Positions 11,119 through 23,048 of a stretch of DNA of 64,000 nt are shown piece after piece (position 1 is the first letter of the stretch; each line of letters starts with the position of its first letter). A program made the position numbers and the translations under genes. A model generated the notes under the pieces. The model was not told the DNA's origin, ran no database searches, and saw only the letters and a program-made list of their open reading frames with translations. Source of the stretch: Octopus sinensis (taxonomy: Eukaryota); contig NC_042999.1 in the NCBI RefSeq assembly GCF_006345805.1, positions 113,336,001 to 113,400,000 of the forward strand. The letters run 5' to 3'.

Positions 11119-12601
11119 TTTGTGTGTGTGCACGTGCGAAGTCTTATGCCCAACACTAGCTACAAATCTTGAATAAGTAAACATTCCCATTTCACCGTGA
11201 GAGAGTGAGAGAATCAGTGTCTTCTAATATCTCCATTAAATCGAACCAACAAATATAGGGAGACAAATTCAAAGATATTTCAGACCTTTTCCAAGAACTT
11301 GTAACAGACCCTTCAAATCATTAGCACCAAGTATTTCAGGAATTGATTATTTTACCGATCTGACGATTGCCTTCCTGCTTCCCTGTTTGAACTTCCTATT
11401 AAATTTTTTTTCTGACGATTCTGCTTCCAACCAGAAAAACCAGAATTAATCGTCATCCTAATAGAATTATGAACTTCTAACTTCCCTCGGGTTTCCCTCC
11501 TTGCCATGATTCCTGCATTCCTCTCCTACTGAGATTCATACTTTTCATACTTTCTCTCACTTTTCTTTATCAGTATTTTTCGCATTCCCTCCTCTCTCTC
11601 TTTCTCTCTTTCTCTTTGGCTCTGTGTGTCTGTCTTCCCGTCTATCTGTCTGTCTGCCTGGATGTCTCTTTCTCAACTTCTCTTTTATACTTCCAAACAT
11701 ACCACCCCATCAATTTCTTCATCTTCATCCTCTACTTCACTATTTCTTTGCTTTTCTTTATTTTCCTTCCTTCTTTCTTTCATTTTTTTCTTGGTATTTC
11801 AATCAATGCTTCTCTTTTTCATCAAACCATTGTTCTTTTTGTCTCTTTTCTTCACAATACTCATTGTTTTTCGATCCTCCACTTCCTTTCTTCCTATGAT
11901 TTTTCCTTTGTTGTCCGATCTATTTTAAACTTCAACCACAGAACACCTGCACATTTCTTATTAAAACTAACATATATAGATATATATGTGTGTGCGTGTG
12001 CACGCGTGCGTGCGGGCGTATGTATGTATATGTATACGTATATGAGCATGTATGTATGTGTCTGGGTGCTTATGGTTTATGCATATACATATATTTGTAA
12101 ATTCAGTTCTATTTGTATGTATGTACATACATATATACATAGACACATTATATATATATATATATATATATAAACCATATAAAATTTTTTCAGTTGGATT
12201 TCAAAAACTAATATTTGAAATTAAGTAAGTTTCACCAATTTTGCAGACTCTATTGTCAAAAAGATGTTCTTTTTTTTTTTACTAAAAACACGAGAAAATA
12301 CTATTGTGAGTATATTTTTAACTCCGAATTTACCGAATATCTATTTTGGTTGCTAAATGCTGTTATTGATATTGCATTTATTTTATGTTATTGTTTTTTT
12401 AAACCCATTTTAAACAATATTTGTTTTCATTTTTAACTAAAAAAAAAACCCAATTTCCATTGAAACTTCACTCCACTTCTAGAATTATATTAGCATACCA
12501 GCACGCTGTCATTTTCAGTCGAATTACACAGTCTACTTTAAGTGATTAAGTTTTCATTACTTTTACTGTGCTTTGCGTGGCTGTTTTATGTAAAATCTGT
12601 T

Positions 12602-13042
12602 TTGAATCGATGTCTTGCATATTCATTCTTAATACGTTGTTGCAGATTTGAACGTAAATATGATAATCGCTGTTTCCTTTCGTCATTGGAGAACAACTTC
12701 TCCTTTCAGATGAATGTGTGTTCGTAACACACTCGATTCATTAACACAAGAGGACTCTGGGGCACCCAATGTTTTTACACTGTTGTGTATAATCAGTCAA
12801 CGGCACCCTGGTCTAATGAATCTAACAAGAGAGCGTGAATATGACAATCACTGACGAGATATAATGATATCGAAACACCTTGTTCCCTAGAGTTTCCTTA
12901 CGCTAATGAATCAAGTGTGTTACGAACACACATTCATCTGAAGAAAAGTTGTTCTCCTTTGTCAAAACTCAACAGCGATTAGCATATTCTCGTTCGAATC
13001 TGCCGAAACATATTAAGAATGAGTATGCAAGTCGTCGTTTTG
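12602..13042. repeat. Long imperfect inverted repeat (~140-bp arms, ~155-bp spacer)
   Basis: ~12602-12745 is the reverse complement of ~12903-13042 (e.g. TCAGATGAATGTGTGTTCGTAACACAC / GTGTGTTACGAACACACATTCATCTGA). Confidence 0.85.
12835..12884 (+). ncRNA. Hammerhead-ribozyme-like core (stems I/III imperfect)
   Basis: CTGACGA (12851-57), stem II GATAT-aatg-ATATC, GAAAC (12872-76). Confidence 0.45.
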
Positions 13043-13199
13043 ATACTTGCTGTTCACCATGTACATGATGATTTATCATGTTTTCGAATATTTTTGATAC
13101 AAAAGCTGGTATAAATCGAGTAGCTTTTTATCGGTTTACTCTCATACCAGTCCCATTTTGAAAAACATTGAAAGGTCCTTCCGAGCCTTAGGACCATAA

Positions 13200-13400
13200 A
13201 TCTGGTTTCCTGGATTCTGTGGCGTATATATTCTCCCATTTCTTGACAGGACACCGGCCCGTCGCAGGATTACTCATGTTTGCCAGCTGAGTGAACTGAG
13301 CAACGTGAAATGAAGAATTTTTCTCAAGATCACAATGCATTGCTGGTCTGGGAATCGAAGCCACAATTTTACGATCAATAGTGCAACACTCCCAACTACT
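13200..13400 (-). mobile_element. SINE family C-related copy
   Basis: TTTGCCAGCTGAGTGAACTGAGCAACGTGAAAT...GGAATCGAA matches the family C head. Confidence 0.6.
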
Positions 13401-13734
13401 AATTCACACGCCTCTATATGTCTTCTTTATAATAGTTATTGGTGTGAGTTAGTCAAGGGTGGAAGGCAGACCTCATGGTCCCGGTGAGATTACCATTATC
13501 AAAGGTTAATCTGAAGATCTAAAGATAACGTGACAAAAAAAGAAAAAAAGCAACAAAACGTTGATATGGAAAATATGCTTGCAACTGAATGAATTGTGCT
13601 AAAGTCATTCAAGGAGCAGGTTGAGATGTGCTAGGCATATCACCCATTCAATTTCAGAGTAGATACCAGTTTTTATTTCTTTTAAAGGGTTCTCAAAACA
13701 TGTGTGCCTAATTAAGGCAATTTTAGAGTAGAGG

Positions 13735-13860
13735 TTACTCCGGGACTCTTGACTGATACTTTATTTTATCGACTCCGGTTGTATGAAAAGGCAAAGTTGA
13801 CTTTGGTGGGATTTGAACACAGAACGTAAAGAACTGGAAAATATATCGCTAGGCATTTTC
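13735..13860 (-). mobile_element. SINE family B, degenerate
   Basis: ATGAAAAGGCAAAGTTGAC...GGATTTGAACACAGAACG is the reverse complement of the family B body. Confidence 0.65.
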
Positions 13861-14837
13861 TCTTATTCAGCCTGTCTGTCTATATATGAAGGGATGAAAG
13901 CTAACATGGTTAAATTCGAAGTGTGCTGGAAACCTAACGAAATCGTCGGATGTCCGATTCATCCTCGGTGCAACGTGAACTTGTCCTTGAGGTACCTGGC
14001 TCTCAACAGTTAAATCTACAGAAGCAGCAGTACTTAATGGAGCCACAACGGAAGTGGTGACGCTTTGTAATTAACAAAAGATTAGCTGTGTTGCATTTTC
14101 TACTTAAGATCTTTTTGCTTAACACTATAGAAACCGAATATAAGCAGGTGCCTGTGGGAGTAATTGAACCCAGATTTTCTACACAGTGCCATTTCATGTG
14201 TGTGTGTGTGTCTGCTTGTGGACTCTATGGTTTACCTTATTCAGAGATAATCTATCGTTATTCTAGCATTGTTTGCTTATTACTGTTGTTTAATTCCAAG
14301 TTAATCCAAATCAAGCAAATCTATAATCAATGGCGTACAAAGTTTTAGTGCCTCTAAGACTACATTATCCTGAATATATATATATATGTCTTCTCCCCAT
14401 TTTGAGTTGGTGAGGTATGATTTGAGGAAAATTTGGCTGCTATTTCTGGCAGATCAATCAGTTTCCAATTTGTTAGTATAGTTAGTTTGAGTATATAAGT
14501 AAGATGCGTAAGAAATTACAAGACTATAAACTATAGAACTCCACAATCAATAAGAAAATCATTGAGAGATTAAATCAGATTCACGGAGAGAAGCGTAGAC
14601 AGAGAAAGAAATATGGGGGATATGAGATAGAGAGGAAGCAGAAGAGAAGGGGAGAAAAGGGAGAGGACAGTGGGAGAAACTAGTTGAAAATTTTCATTAT
14701 CTCAGGATAGTTTTTAAAAATCATGGTGGGTGATAATGTTTATGTTTTGCATTAATAGTTATGGGTCTATATTTACATTCCGATTACTATAGACAAAGAT
14801 CTATACACATCGTGTTTGCAGGGGATATGTAAAGCGG

Positions 14838-14863
14838 ATAGATAGATAGATAGATAGATAGAT

Positions 14864-14894
<31 letters not shown>

Positions 14895-14921
14895 AAGAAA
14901 GAAAGAAAGGAAGGAAGGAAG

Positions 14922-14985
<64 letters not shown>

Positions 14986-15009
14986 AAGAAAGAAAGAAAG
15001 GAAGGAAGG

Positions 15010-15045
<36 letters not shown>

Positions 15046-15081
15046 AAGAAAGAAAGATAGATAGAAAGAGAGAAAGAAAGG

Positions 15082-15160
<79 letters not shown>

Positions 15161-15161
15161 T
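14838..15161. repeat. Compound (GATA)n/(GAAA)n/(GGAA)n tetranucleotide array
   Basis: Direct reading. Confidence 0.97.
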
Positions 15162-15224
15162 ACACCTGAACTCTTATTTCAGCCTGAAATTGGTAAACAT
15201 CTGTCCTTGATAAATGAATGAGAT

Positions 15225-15490
15225 TATCATCATCATCATCATCATCATCAGCATCAGTATCACCATCCTCCTCCTCCTCCTCCACCTCATCATCATCATC
15301 ATCATCATCAGTATCACCATCATCATCGTTATCCTCACCATCGTCAAAATCAGGAGCAACAGCAACAGCATTGCTCTTGTCACCACCACTTCTTGGTGTC
15401 GTCAACGTCGATGTCGTTAATATCCCCACCACCATCACCACTCTTCCTAATCGTCCTCATCATGATCATGATCGTCATCATAATTATCGT
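15225..15490. repeat. Degenerate (CAT)n/(CCT)n trinucleotide tract
   Basis: Direct reading; explains the poly-S/I/D ORFs. Confidence 0.9.
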
Positions 15491-15936
15491 CGTTATAGCA
15501 AAAAAAAATGTAAAAAGAAACAATACAAACGAAACACAAGATAAGCAGTGAACTATAGATGTTAGCATTCTAAAATTAATGGTAAATGAGAAAAATAAAA
15601 AAGCCATGAGAATTTAAAATACAGCGAATATTTCAGTCAAAACAGATATAAGAAAGTAAGAAAATGCAATAACGTTCCTTGTAATAGTAATTTGCAAAAG
15701 TAAAAATAGAAATTAAAAAAGAAACATAAAAATAAAATAACTAATAATAAATAATAAATAAATCATATAAAAATAAATGACAAACAAACAAGATACTCTG
15801 TATCTCGTTTTGATGCAGATTTTAGATATTTTACAAGTTTAAGACTTTGTTTCGACATAAGATTAAAAGCTAGCAAAGACAAATATTTGCTCATCAACAA
15901 CAATAAACAAGAGTATGTTTAAGTGATATTTCAATG

Positions 15937-15982
<46 letters not shown>

Positions 15983-16081
15983 TTATTTATTCATTTATTC
16001 ATTTCTACGTTATTTCATGAAAAGTGATTAAGTGGTGGGAGGTTGTTTTACAAAAGATTGTTTTGTTTTTTTCGCTATGTT

Positions 16082-16091
16082 TTTGTTGTTG

Positions 16092-16162
<71 letters not shown>

Positions 16163-16178
16163 ATTATTATTATTATTT
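16082..16178. repeat. (TTG)n/(TTA)n microsatellite
   Basis: Direct reading. Confidence 0.95.
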
Positions 16179-16278
16179 TGCAGTGTTCGTTTGCCATCGG
16201 TGTTTAACTTGTGGGGCATACGTATTGCGAACATGTGTGTACACACTCACAGGCTCTCACACACACACAGATATATAG

Positions 16279-16690
16279 GCGCAGGTGTGATTGTGTGGTA
16301 AGAAGCTTACTTCTCAGCCACATGGTTCTGAGTTCAGTTTCACTGCGTGGCACCTTGGGAAGGTGTCTTTTACTATAGTTTCGGGCCAACCAAAGCCTTG
16401 TGAGTGGATTTGGTAGACGGAAACTGAAAGAAGCATGTCACACACACACACACATAAGTATATATTAATGTGTATCTCTGTGTGTTTGTGTTTGCTCCCC
16501 CCACCTCAATCGCTTGACAACAGATATTGCTGTGTTTATGTCCCTGTAACTTAGCAGTTCAGAAAAAGTGACCGATAGAATAAGGACTAGACTTACAAAG
16601 AATAAATCCTAGGGTCGATTTCTTCAACTTGAAACTCATTAAGGCAGTACTCAGCATAGTCGCAGTCAAATGACTGGAATATGAAAAAGA
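16279..16690 (+). mobile_element. SINE family A
   Basis: Head GGCGCAGG..TGTGTGGTAAG, B-box-like GAGTTCAGTTTC, CORE-like ACCTTGGGAAGGTGTCTT, tail GCAGTCAAATGACTGG. Confidence 0.85.
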
Positions 16691-17246
16691 ATATATATAT
16701 ATATGTATGCATACACACATATACATGCATACACATATTCATTCATACTCACACAATGCACAAACACGCGCGCGCACACATACATACACCCATACAAAGT
16801 TCGTATGTATCAGTGTTAGTACAACGTCAATATTTCTTTCCCTCCTTCCTTTCTGAAAAGCAGCTGTATACATAAAAATACAGATGTACAGAGAACTATA
16901 GACAGATTATCCTTAGTCTAGATAAGCGTATACATAACTGCATACATACATGCATATATACATGCATATATACATGCATATGCATATACATTTATATTTG
17001 TGTTTGTACATATATATATGTGTGCGTGTGTGTTTGTATGTATATATTACAAATACAAATGTAAATATACAAATATAGGAAATTTTGTTTTGGCGATCCA
17101 AAGAGGCACGTGAATCTCAAAACATGTAGTTGCTTTTGAATTTTGTAAGATTTATTCAAATACCAAATCGGTTTCGAGAATTTTTTTTTATCAATGGTAA
17201 AAATATAAGAAAAATGTTTTGGGGAATTTACAATTACAAGGAATAT

Positions 17247-17348
<102 letters not shown>

Positions 17349-17431
17349 GCATGCATACATACATACATACATACATACATACATACATACATGCATACGT
17401 GCATACACACATACATACGCACAGACATACG

Positions 17432-17471
<40 letters not shown>

Positions 17472-17961
17472 TGGGTACAGGGCATCAGCAACTGTGTAAA
17501 CAACATGAAGTACGAAAATAAACGAGTTAAATACGCAAACAACGAGAGAAAAAGGGAAACAGGACAAATAACATAGAGAACGACATTTCATCTGTTTTCG
17601 GCTGTCTACGTACTCCTCATTTCAAGCATTCAACGACAATATGAGGCTCCCATAAATTCCAAAATAAAATTTTGAATTTATGGAGGGTCAAAGTTGAGAG
17701 CAAAAACAGAACAGTGGAGACATACAAGGAAATCGAACGAAAACAAACCTGGAGGGTCGTTTGACCGGAACGAGAGGAAAATAGTAAACGCTGGGAAAAA
17801 TATTTTCGTTGAAAAGAGAAAAGATAGAAGAGAGAGATAGAAGACGTCCAGTCCTTCGAACGTCGTGCAGGAAAAGGAAGATGGCCACGTGAGGAAAAGA
17901 AAGATGGACGATGTTCACGTGTGAGTAACGAGAGAGAGAAAAGAATAAGAGGGGAAGAGAG

Positions 17962-18028
<67 letters not shown>

Positions 18029-18041
18029 TATTATTTATATT

Positions 18042-18073
<32 letters not shown>

Positions 18074-18548
18074 AAGGGACGATGGGATTCCATAATCGAT
18101 CTCATGGAAAATCATCGAGAACTCAGGTCCCTACATCAACGGGATAAAGCTCTGCAAGTTATGAATAGCTGAATACGCAAGAATCCTAAAGTACTCACTC
18201 GAACTAGGGAACATCCTTAACTCCAGCAAGGAGATTTTCAGGCCATGTTTACATTTCAGTAGGTTCTTGCAGGGTTTTTAGAGTCCACAAGATGGCGGCA
18301 CAGCCGGAAGTCGATAGCTAATAGCAAAGGGAGATAATCCTCATTGTTAACTTTGAATAGTGAGGTATTTTCTTCTCTATATTTTTAAGAGGTCTTGGAC
18401 CAACAGGTTTTTGGGATCTGACGATATGCCATAAAGCTAAACCGTTTATGGACGGGAAACCTAAAGTAATCCCATAAACTAGCTTTCCCCATTTTTAATG
18501 TATGTATGTATGTATGTATATGTATATATTTATGTGTATATTTATATA

Positions 18549-18580
<32 letters not shown>

Positions 18581-19274
18581 GTAGGAGTGGGTATTATATT
18601 CAAATAGATCTAGTGGCGTGTTACATGTTCTGAGAAAGCGAAAGATTAGCAGCTACATTAAACAGGCAGGCAAATGGACAGATAAATGGGGGGAGTGATG
18701 AATGAAGATTGAGCGAAAAATGTCTTCGTATTCGAACTCAGTATCCTAACGAAACTTATGGTATGGTTAGTTTATTCTAAGTAGACGCTTTACACCTCTC
18801 ACTTGCGTTGCTGTCTATCTTCGTAATTCTATCCGCCAACAAAGGAACCACTACGTGATCGTCGATCTACGAGAAGTAGTACACATGTTTCTTTCAATTC
18901 ACATTGTATCATCTTTACGAAAAATGAAAAAGATCGCATTATATAATGTCGTTCTTGATACATAGCGGTTGGATAAGCAGAAAAAAAGAAAGATCTAGGT
19001 AAAATGCCTTTTAAACATAGGGCTACTCGACCTAACTTAAAATAACAACAACAAATCGTATCTCGCTGTTATTTCTTAGCTTCAGATCAGCTCTTACTTC
19101 TGTTTAAAGACATTCCACCTGAACTCATACCTCCATTTTCAGAGACAGTCTATCTAGAGCTTCATTATCCAATATACCCTTTCTGACTTTTCTTTGATTT
19201 GCGGGAGAATTGGCAACATTTATACTATTCGCTATAAAGTAGTAGTAATGTAAACATATCATCATTCGATAAAG

Positions 19275-20570
19275 CTAGCAATAACACCATATTCTTCCAA
19301 TTTGACATTGCAGATTTTTATCCGTCGATCTCTGAAAGCCAACGAACCGGTTTGCATAGTCGGAGCCCATTCTCGTTCCTATGCCCACTCCCGAGAACTG
19401 TTGGTAAAAATCCCTCGCGAACGAGATGCAGTTGAGGGAAAAAACAAGTTCGGCCAAACGAAGAAGTGCAGATGTGTCAGGCTGGTTTGGGTCGAAGGTT
19501 TAGGAAGTGTTTGAGTGTAAGAAGCCCTTCCTTGTGTGGGATCACCTTATATAGACTCTTGATACCAAGAGTGAAGAGAAGTTTAGAGGCGCCAGGATGG
19601 AAGAACAAAGAGTTGAAGAGACGGAGATCATGATTAGTGACGTGGATGTGGGAAAGGAGGGAATCTATTGGGAGGCGGGGGCAAGGACACGGTCGAGGTA
19701 TTTAGAGATCAATTCCGTGGACAGTTACACGAGGAGAAGATGAGGCGGCCAAGGTTGTTGGGCTTGTGGATTTGGGGAAGGAAGTAAATGGTGGGGTGCG
19801 TGGAGTGCGGGCAATGAGTTTGGAGAGGGTGGGAAGAAGACGGGAGGAAGAGATGAGGTCATGAATAGTGAGGGACACAGTCTGCTGGTAGTTAGGTGTG
19901 AGGATGGAGTGCAGAGGACAATAGAAAGAGATGTATTGAAGTTGGCGGAGGGCTTCAGCTTTGTAGAGGTCTGTGCACCACACCACCACGGCTCCACCCT
20001 TGCTGGCCGGTTTTATGATGATGTATTTGCGGCGTCGGAGACATCGAAGGGCCGAGAGTTCGGCCGGAGCGATGTTAAACTGTCGGGGACACCTGCGAAA
20101 GTTAAATCGGTCCACAACACGTTGGCAGATGCTTGCAAAATGATCAACTGCTGGAACTGGTGTCAAGTGGGATGGTCGGCGGCCCAGGTCGGTGAAGCAG
20201 TCTTCTTCATTAAATGCAAGTGGGGTGTTGTAGAATAGTGCATATAGCGTGACGCGGCGTACAAAGCTATGAATATTAGCACGGGTCTGAAATTCGTTAC
20301 TGGATGGAGTGAGGGGGTTGAAGCGCAGACCCCTACTGAGAAGAGAGCGCTCCGCCTCAGAGAGGTGAGTATCAGGAGAAATAGTACCAACAGACTGAAA
20401 TGGGGAGGGGTGTATGAGTTAGACGTGGGAGGGATGGTGGCGGCAGTGGAAGGCAACGAGGAGAGAGAGGGGGAGTAAGTGCGTGGGGGGAGTAACGGAA
20501 GGGTTGGGGTGAGGATGAAGAGGAGTGTATCGTGAGGGAGTGGGATGGGGAAGGGTGGCTGTAGTAACAT
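19275..20570 (-). mobile_element. Penelope-like retroelement, truncated reverse transcriptase pseudogene
   Basis: LSRGLRFNP...FVRRVTL; IIIKPASKGGAVVVWCTDLYKAEALRQL; TPRTP; LAELVFSLNCISF...YQQFSGVGIGTRMGSDYANRFVG. These match the PLE RT pattern KPADKGGAVVVW / Q..GVAMGT.MGP.YAN.F. Confidence 0.85.
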
Positions 20571-20672
20571 CGGGTGGACAGAATGACTGAGTGAGTGAAG
20601 TTTATGTTGTTTAGTGCGAGCGAGGAACTCGTGGAAAAGATGATTTTTATGTCGTTTAGTATGAATGTATAT

Positions 20673-20706
<34 letters not shown>

Positions 20707-20844
20707 CTGTTTGAGTTGCCTAATAGTGGTTTTATCTCTAATTTAATTTATATTTATACTGTGAAATTTGATTTAATCCTAAATCTAATTTTTCCCTGTA
20801 AGTTTGGAGCCATACTCCCTAATATTATATATATATATTATATA

Positions 20845-20894
<50 letters not shown>

Positions 20895-22395
20895 TATATA
20901 TGCACACCCCATACATATGTGTGCGTGTGAGTATGTATGTACGTGTATGTGTGTGTATCTGTGTGTATGTATGATTTTGAGTGTGTGCATATATTCAGAA
21001 TATACACAGATAAATTGGTATCCATTTACTTATGGATCAGTCATTGCATTTTAATCGTCTAAACTTAATTTCATTTTTCTCTTTTCTTTTTCGTGCTCAA
21101 TATAATTTTGATTTGCAAACTTAAATACACACCCACACACACACACACAAACATAAATAAAGACATAAATGTCTTCATACACACGTGCACACACAGATAC
21201 ACACACATGCATATGCACAACCACACACACGCATACACATACACACAACCATACACATATACGCATAAACTGAACCTCCCACGCACACAGGCACACACAC
21301 ACACATACACACACACAGATACATACACACACACAGATACACACACACACATGTTCAACTGAATTATTGATCTCCTTTTATTGATACCCAACTGCACAAT
21401 TCGTTTAATTCTCCCTTACAACCTCATTATTATCATTATTGCAATCGATGTTTGATATTCCTCTCTTTTCATTGCCGATTCAAAGTAACTTCATCCTGCT
21501 GCCAATATCTTTCACTGATTTAAAACAGCTCTTTGCAATATTTATTCTCCCCTTATTCAACAAGGTTATTTTTGACAGAGTATGTTCTCTGCTGGTTTCT
21601 TTTTCTATTAAATATTTGTAATGTTATGCAATCTATTTTCACCTTCTTAAATTCAATTTATGATCTTTGATTCGAAATTAAAATCCAAACTAAATCATCA
21701 ATTAAATGTTTAAATCTGTATGAGATAAATTTGTTGTTAGCACATTAAATTAGCAACCTTGTTCTAATTACTGCCCTTTGGCAAATAATATGGTTACTAC
21801 GATATATATATTTATACATGTATGTGTGTGTTTGTGTATATATGTATATATTTCAATACGGAGCAAATAATTCAAGAGAAAATAGTTGCGAAGATATTAT
21901 TGACCCCATTATTATCTAGTGTAACAATTAAAAATTATAACAGAATCAATAATATAGGCGGTTGCAGGTTCCAAAAAGCATTAAATAGCTGAAGGATTAA
22001 GATTAATCAAAGGACATAAGTATGTCTACCTGCTGGAAATAACTGTCAAAACTCTTATTTAAATCGCCGAAAAAAACTGATAATAACTACAGAAATCAAC
22101 CGTCTGCGGGAAAACGGGCTAAGACCATCTCTCAACATACATTCAGGTTTGGACTCACGGGAACTGGTTTCTGGACTGGCATTATAGCCTCACCTTCCTC
22201 AGCACGCGTTACCATGAAAGCCCCAACCCATCACATTGAAGTCTACGCTGCAACTGATTCGCTTTGTGCCGAATCATGGCAGCTACCAGTGTGAAAATGA
22301 TTTCAAAAGGAGCAAATAATTGTTACTCTAGATAATAATACGGTCAATATTATCTTCGCAAATATTTCTCCTGAATTATTTGCATGAAAACAATT

Positions 22396-22510
22396 TCAAT
22401 CAGTTAAGATAAGAAGTCATGAGAGCCACTGCCTGGAACTATCATTATTATTGTTATTATTATTATTGTTGTTATTATTATTATTATTATATTATTATTA
22501 TTATTATTAT
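22396..22510. mobile_element. Short inverted fragment of the (AAT)n-flanked repeat followed by (TTA)n
   Basis: CAGTTAAGATAAGAAGTCATGAGAGCCACTGCCTGG is the reverse complement of the start of 987-1527 and 52632-53184. Confidence 0.75.
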
Positions 22511-22651
22511 ATACACTTTTTTGTAACATTTTAACGTTTGAGGCAGTTGAATTTGTTTCAATATGTAATATTTACTTTAAGAATTTCACACACATGCATA
22601 TTAATCTCTTTTGTTTTCAAAATATCTCTCATGCAATATATATATATATAC

Positions 22652-23022
22652 TCTTTTACTCTTTTACTTGTTTCAGTCATTTTACTGCGGCCATGCTGGA
22701 GCACCGCCTTTAGTCGAGCAAATCGACCCCGGTACTTATTCTATCGGTCTCTTTTGCCGAACCGCTAAGTAACGGGGACGTAAACACACCAGCATCGGTT
22801 GTCAAGCGATGCTAGGGGTACAAACACAGACACACAAACACACACACATACATATATATATACATATATACGACAGGCTTCTTTCAGTTTCCGTCTACCA
22901 AATCCACTCACAAGGCATTGGTCGGCCCGGGGCTATAGCAGAAGACACTTGCCCAAGATGCCACGCAGTGGGACTGAACCCGGAACCATGTGGTTGGTTA
23001 GCAAGCTACTTACCACACAGCC
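22652..23022 (-). mobile_element. SINE family A (well preserved)
   Basis: Complete tail (TTTTACTC)n, body and head ending CCACTCCTGCGCC. Confidence 0.92.
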
Positions 23023-23048
23023 ACTCCTGCGCCAATATATATATATAT

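Noticed and set aside
14773-15544. 222-aa and overlapping ORFs with SIYL, poly-D and poly-S repeats
   Set aside because: Fully explained by GATA/GAAA and CAT microsatellites. The same applies to the many YI/HT/CV ORFs across the window.
17500-17960. Purine-rich block with ..ATGAGGAG..CCGAAA.. on the minus strand, possibly a PLE terminal repeat with a ribozyme
   Set aside because: No CUGANGA core or consistent stems; family identity cannot be supported from the sequence alone.
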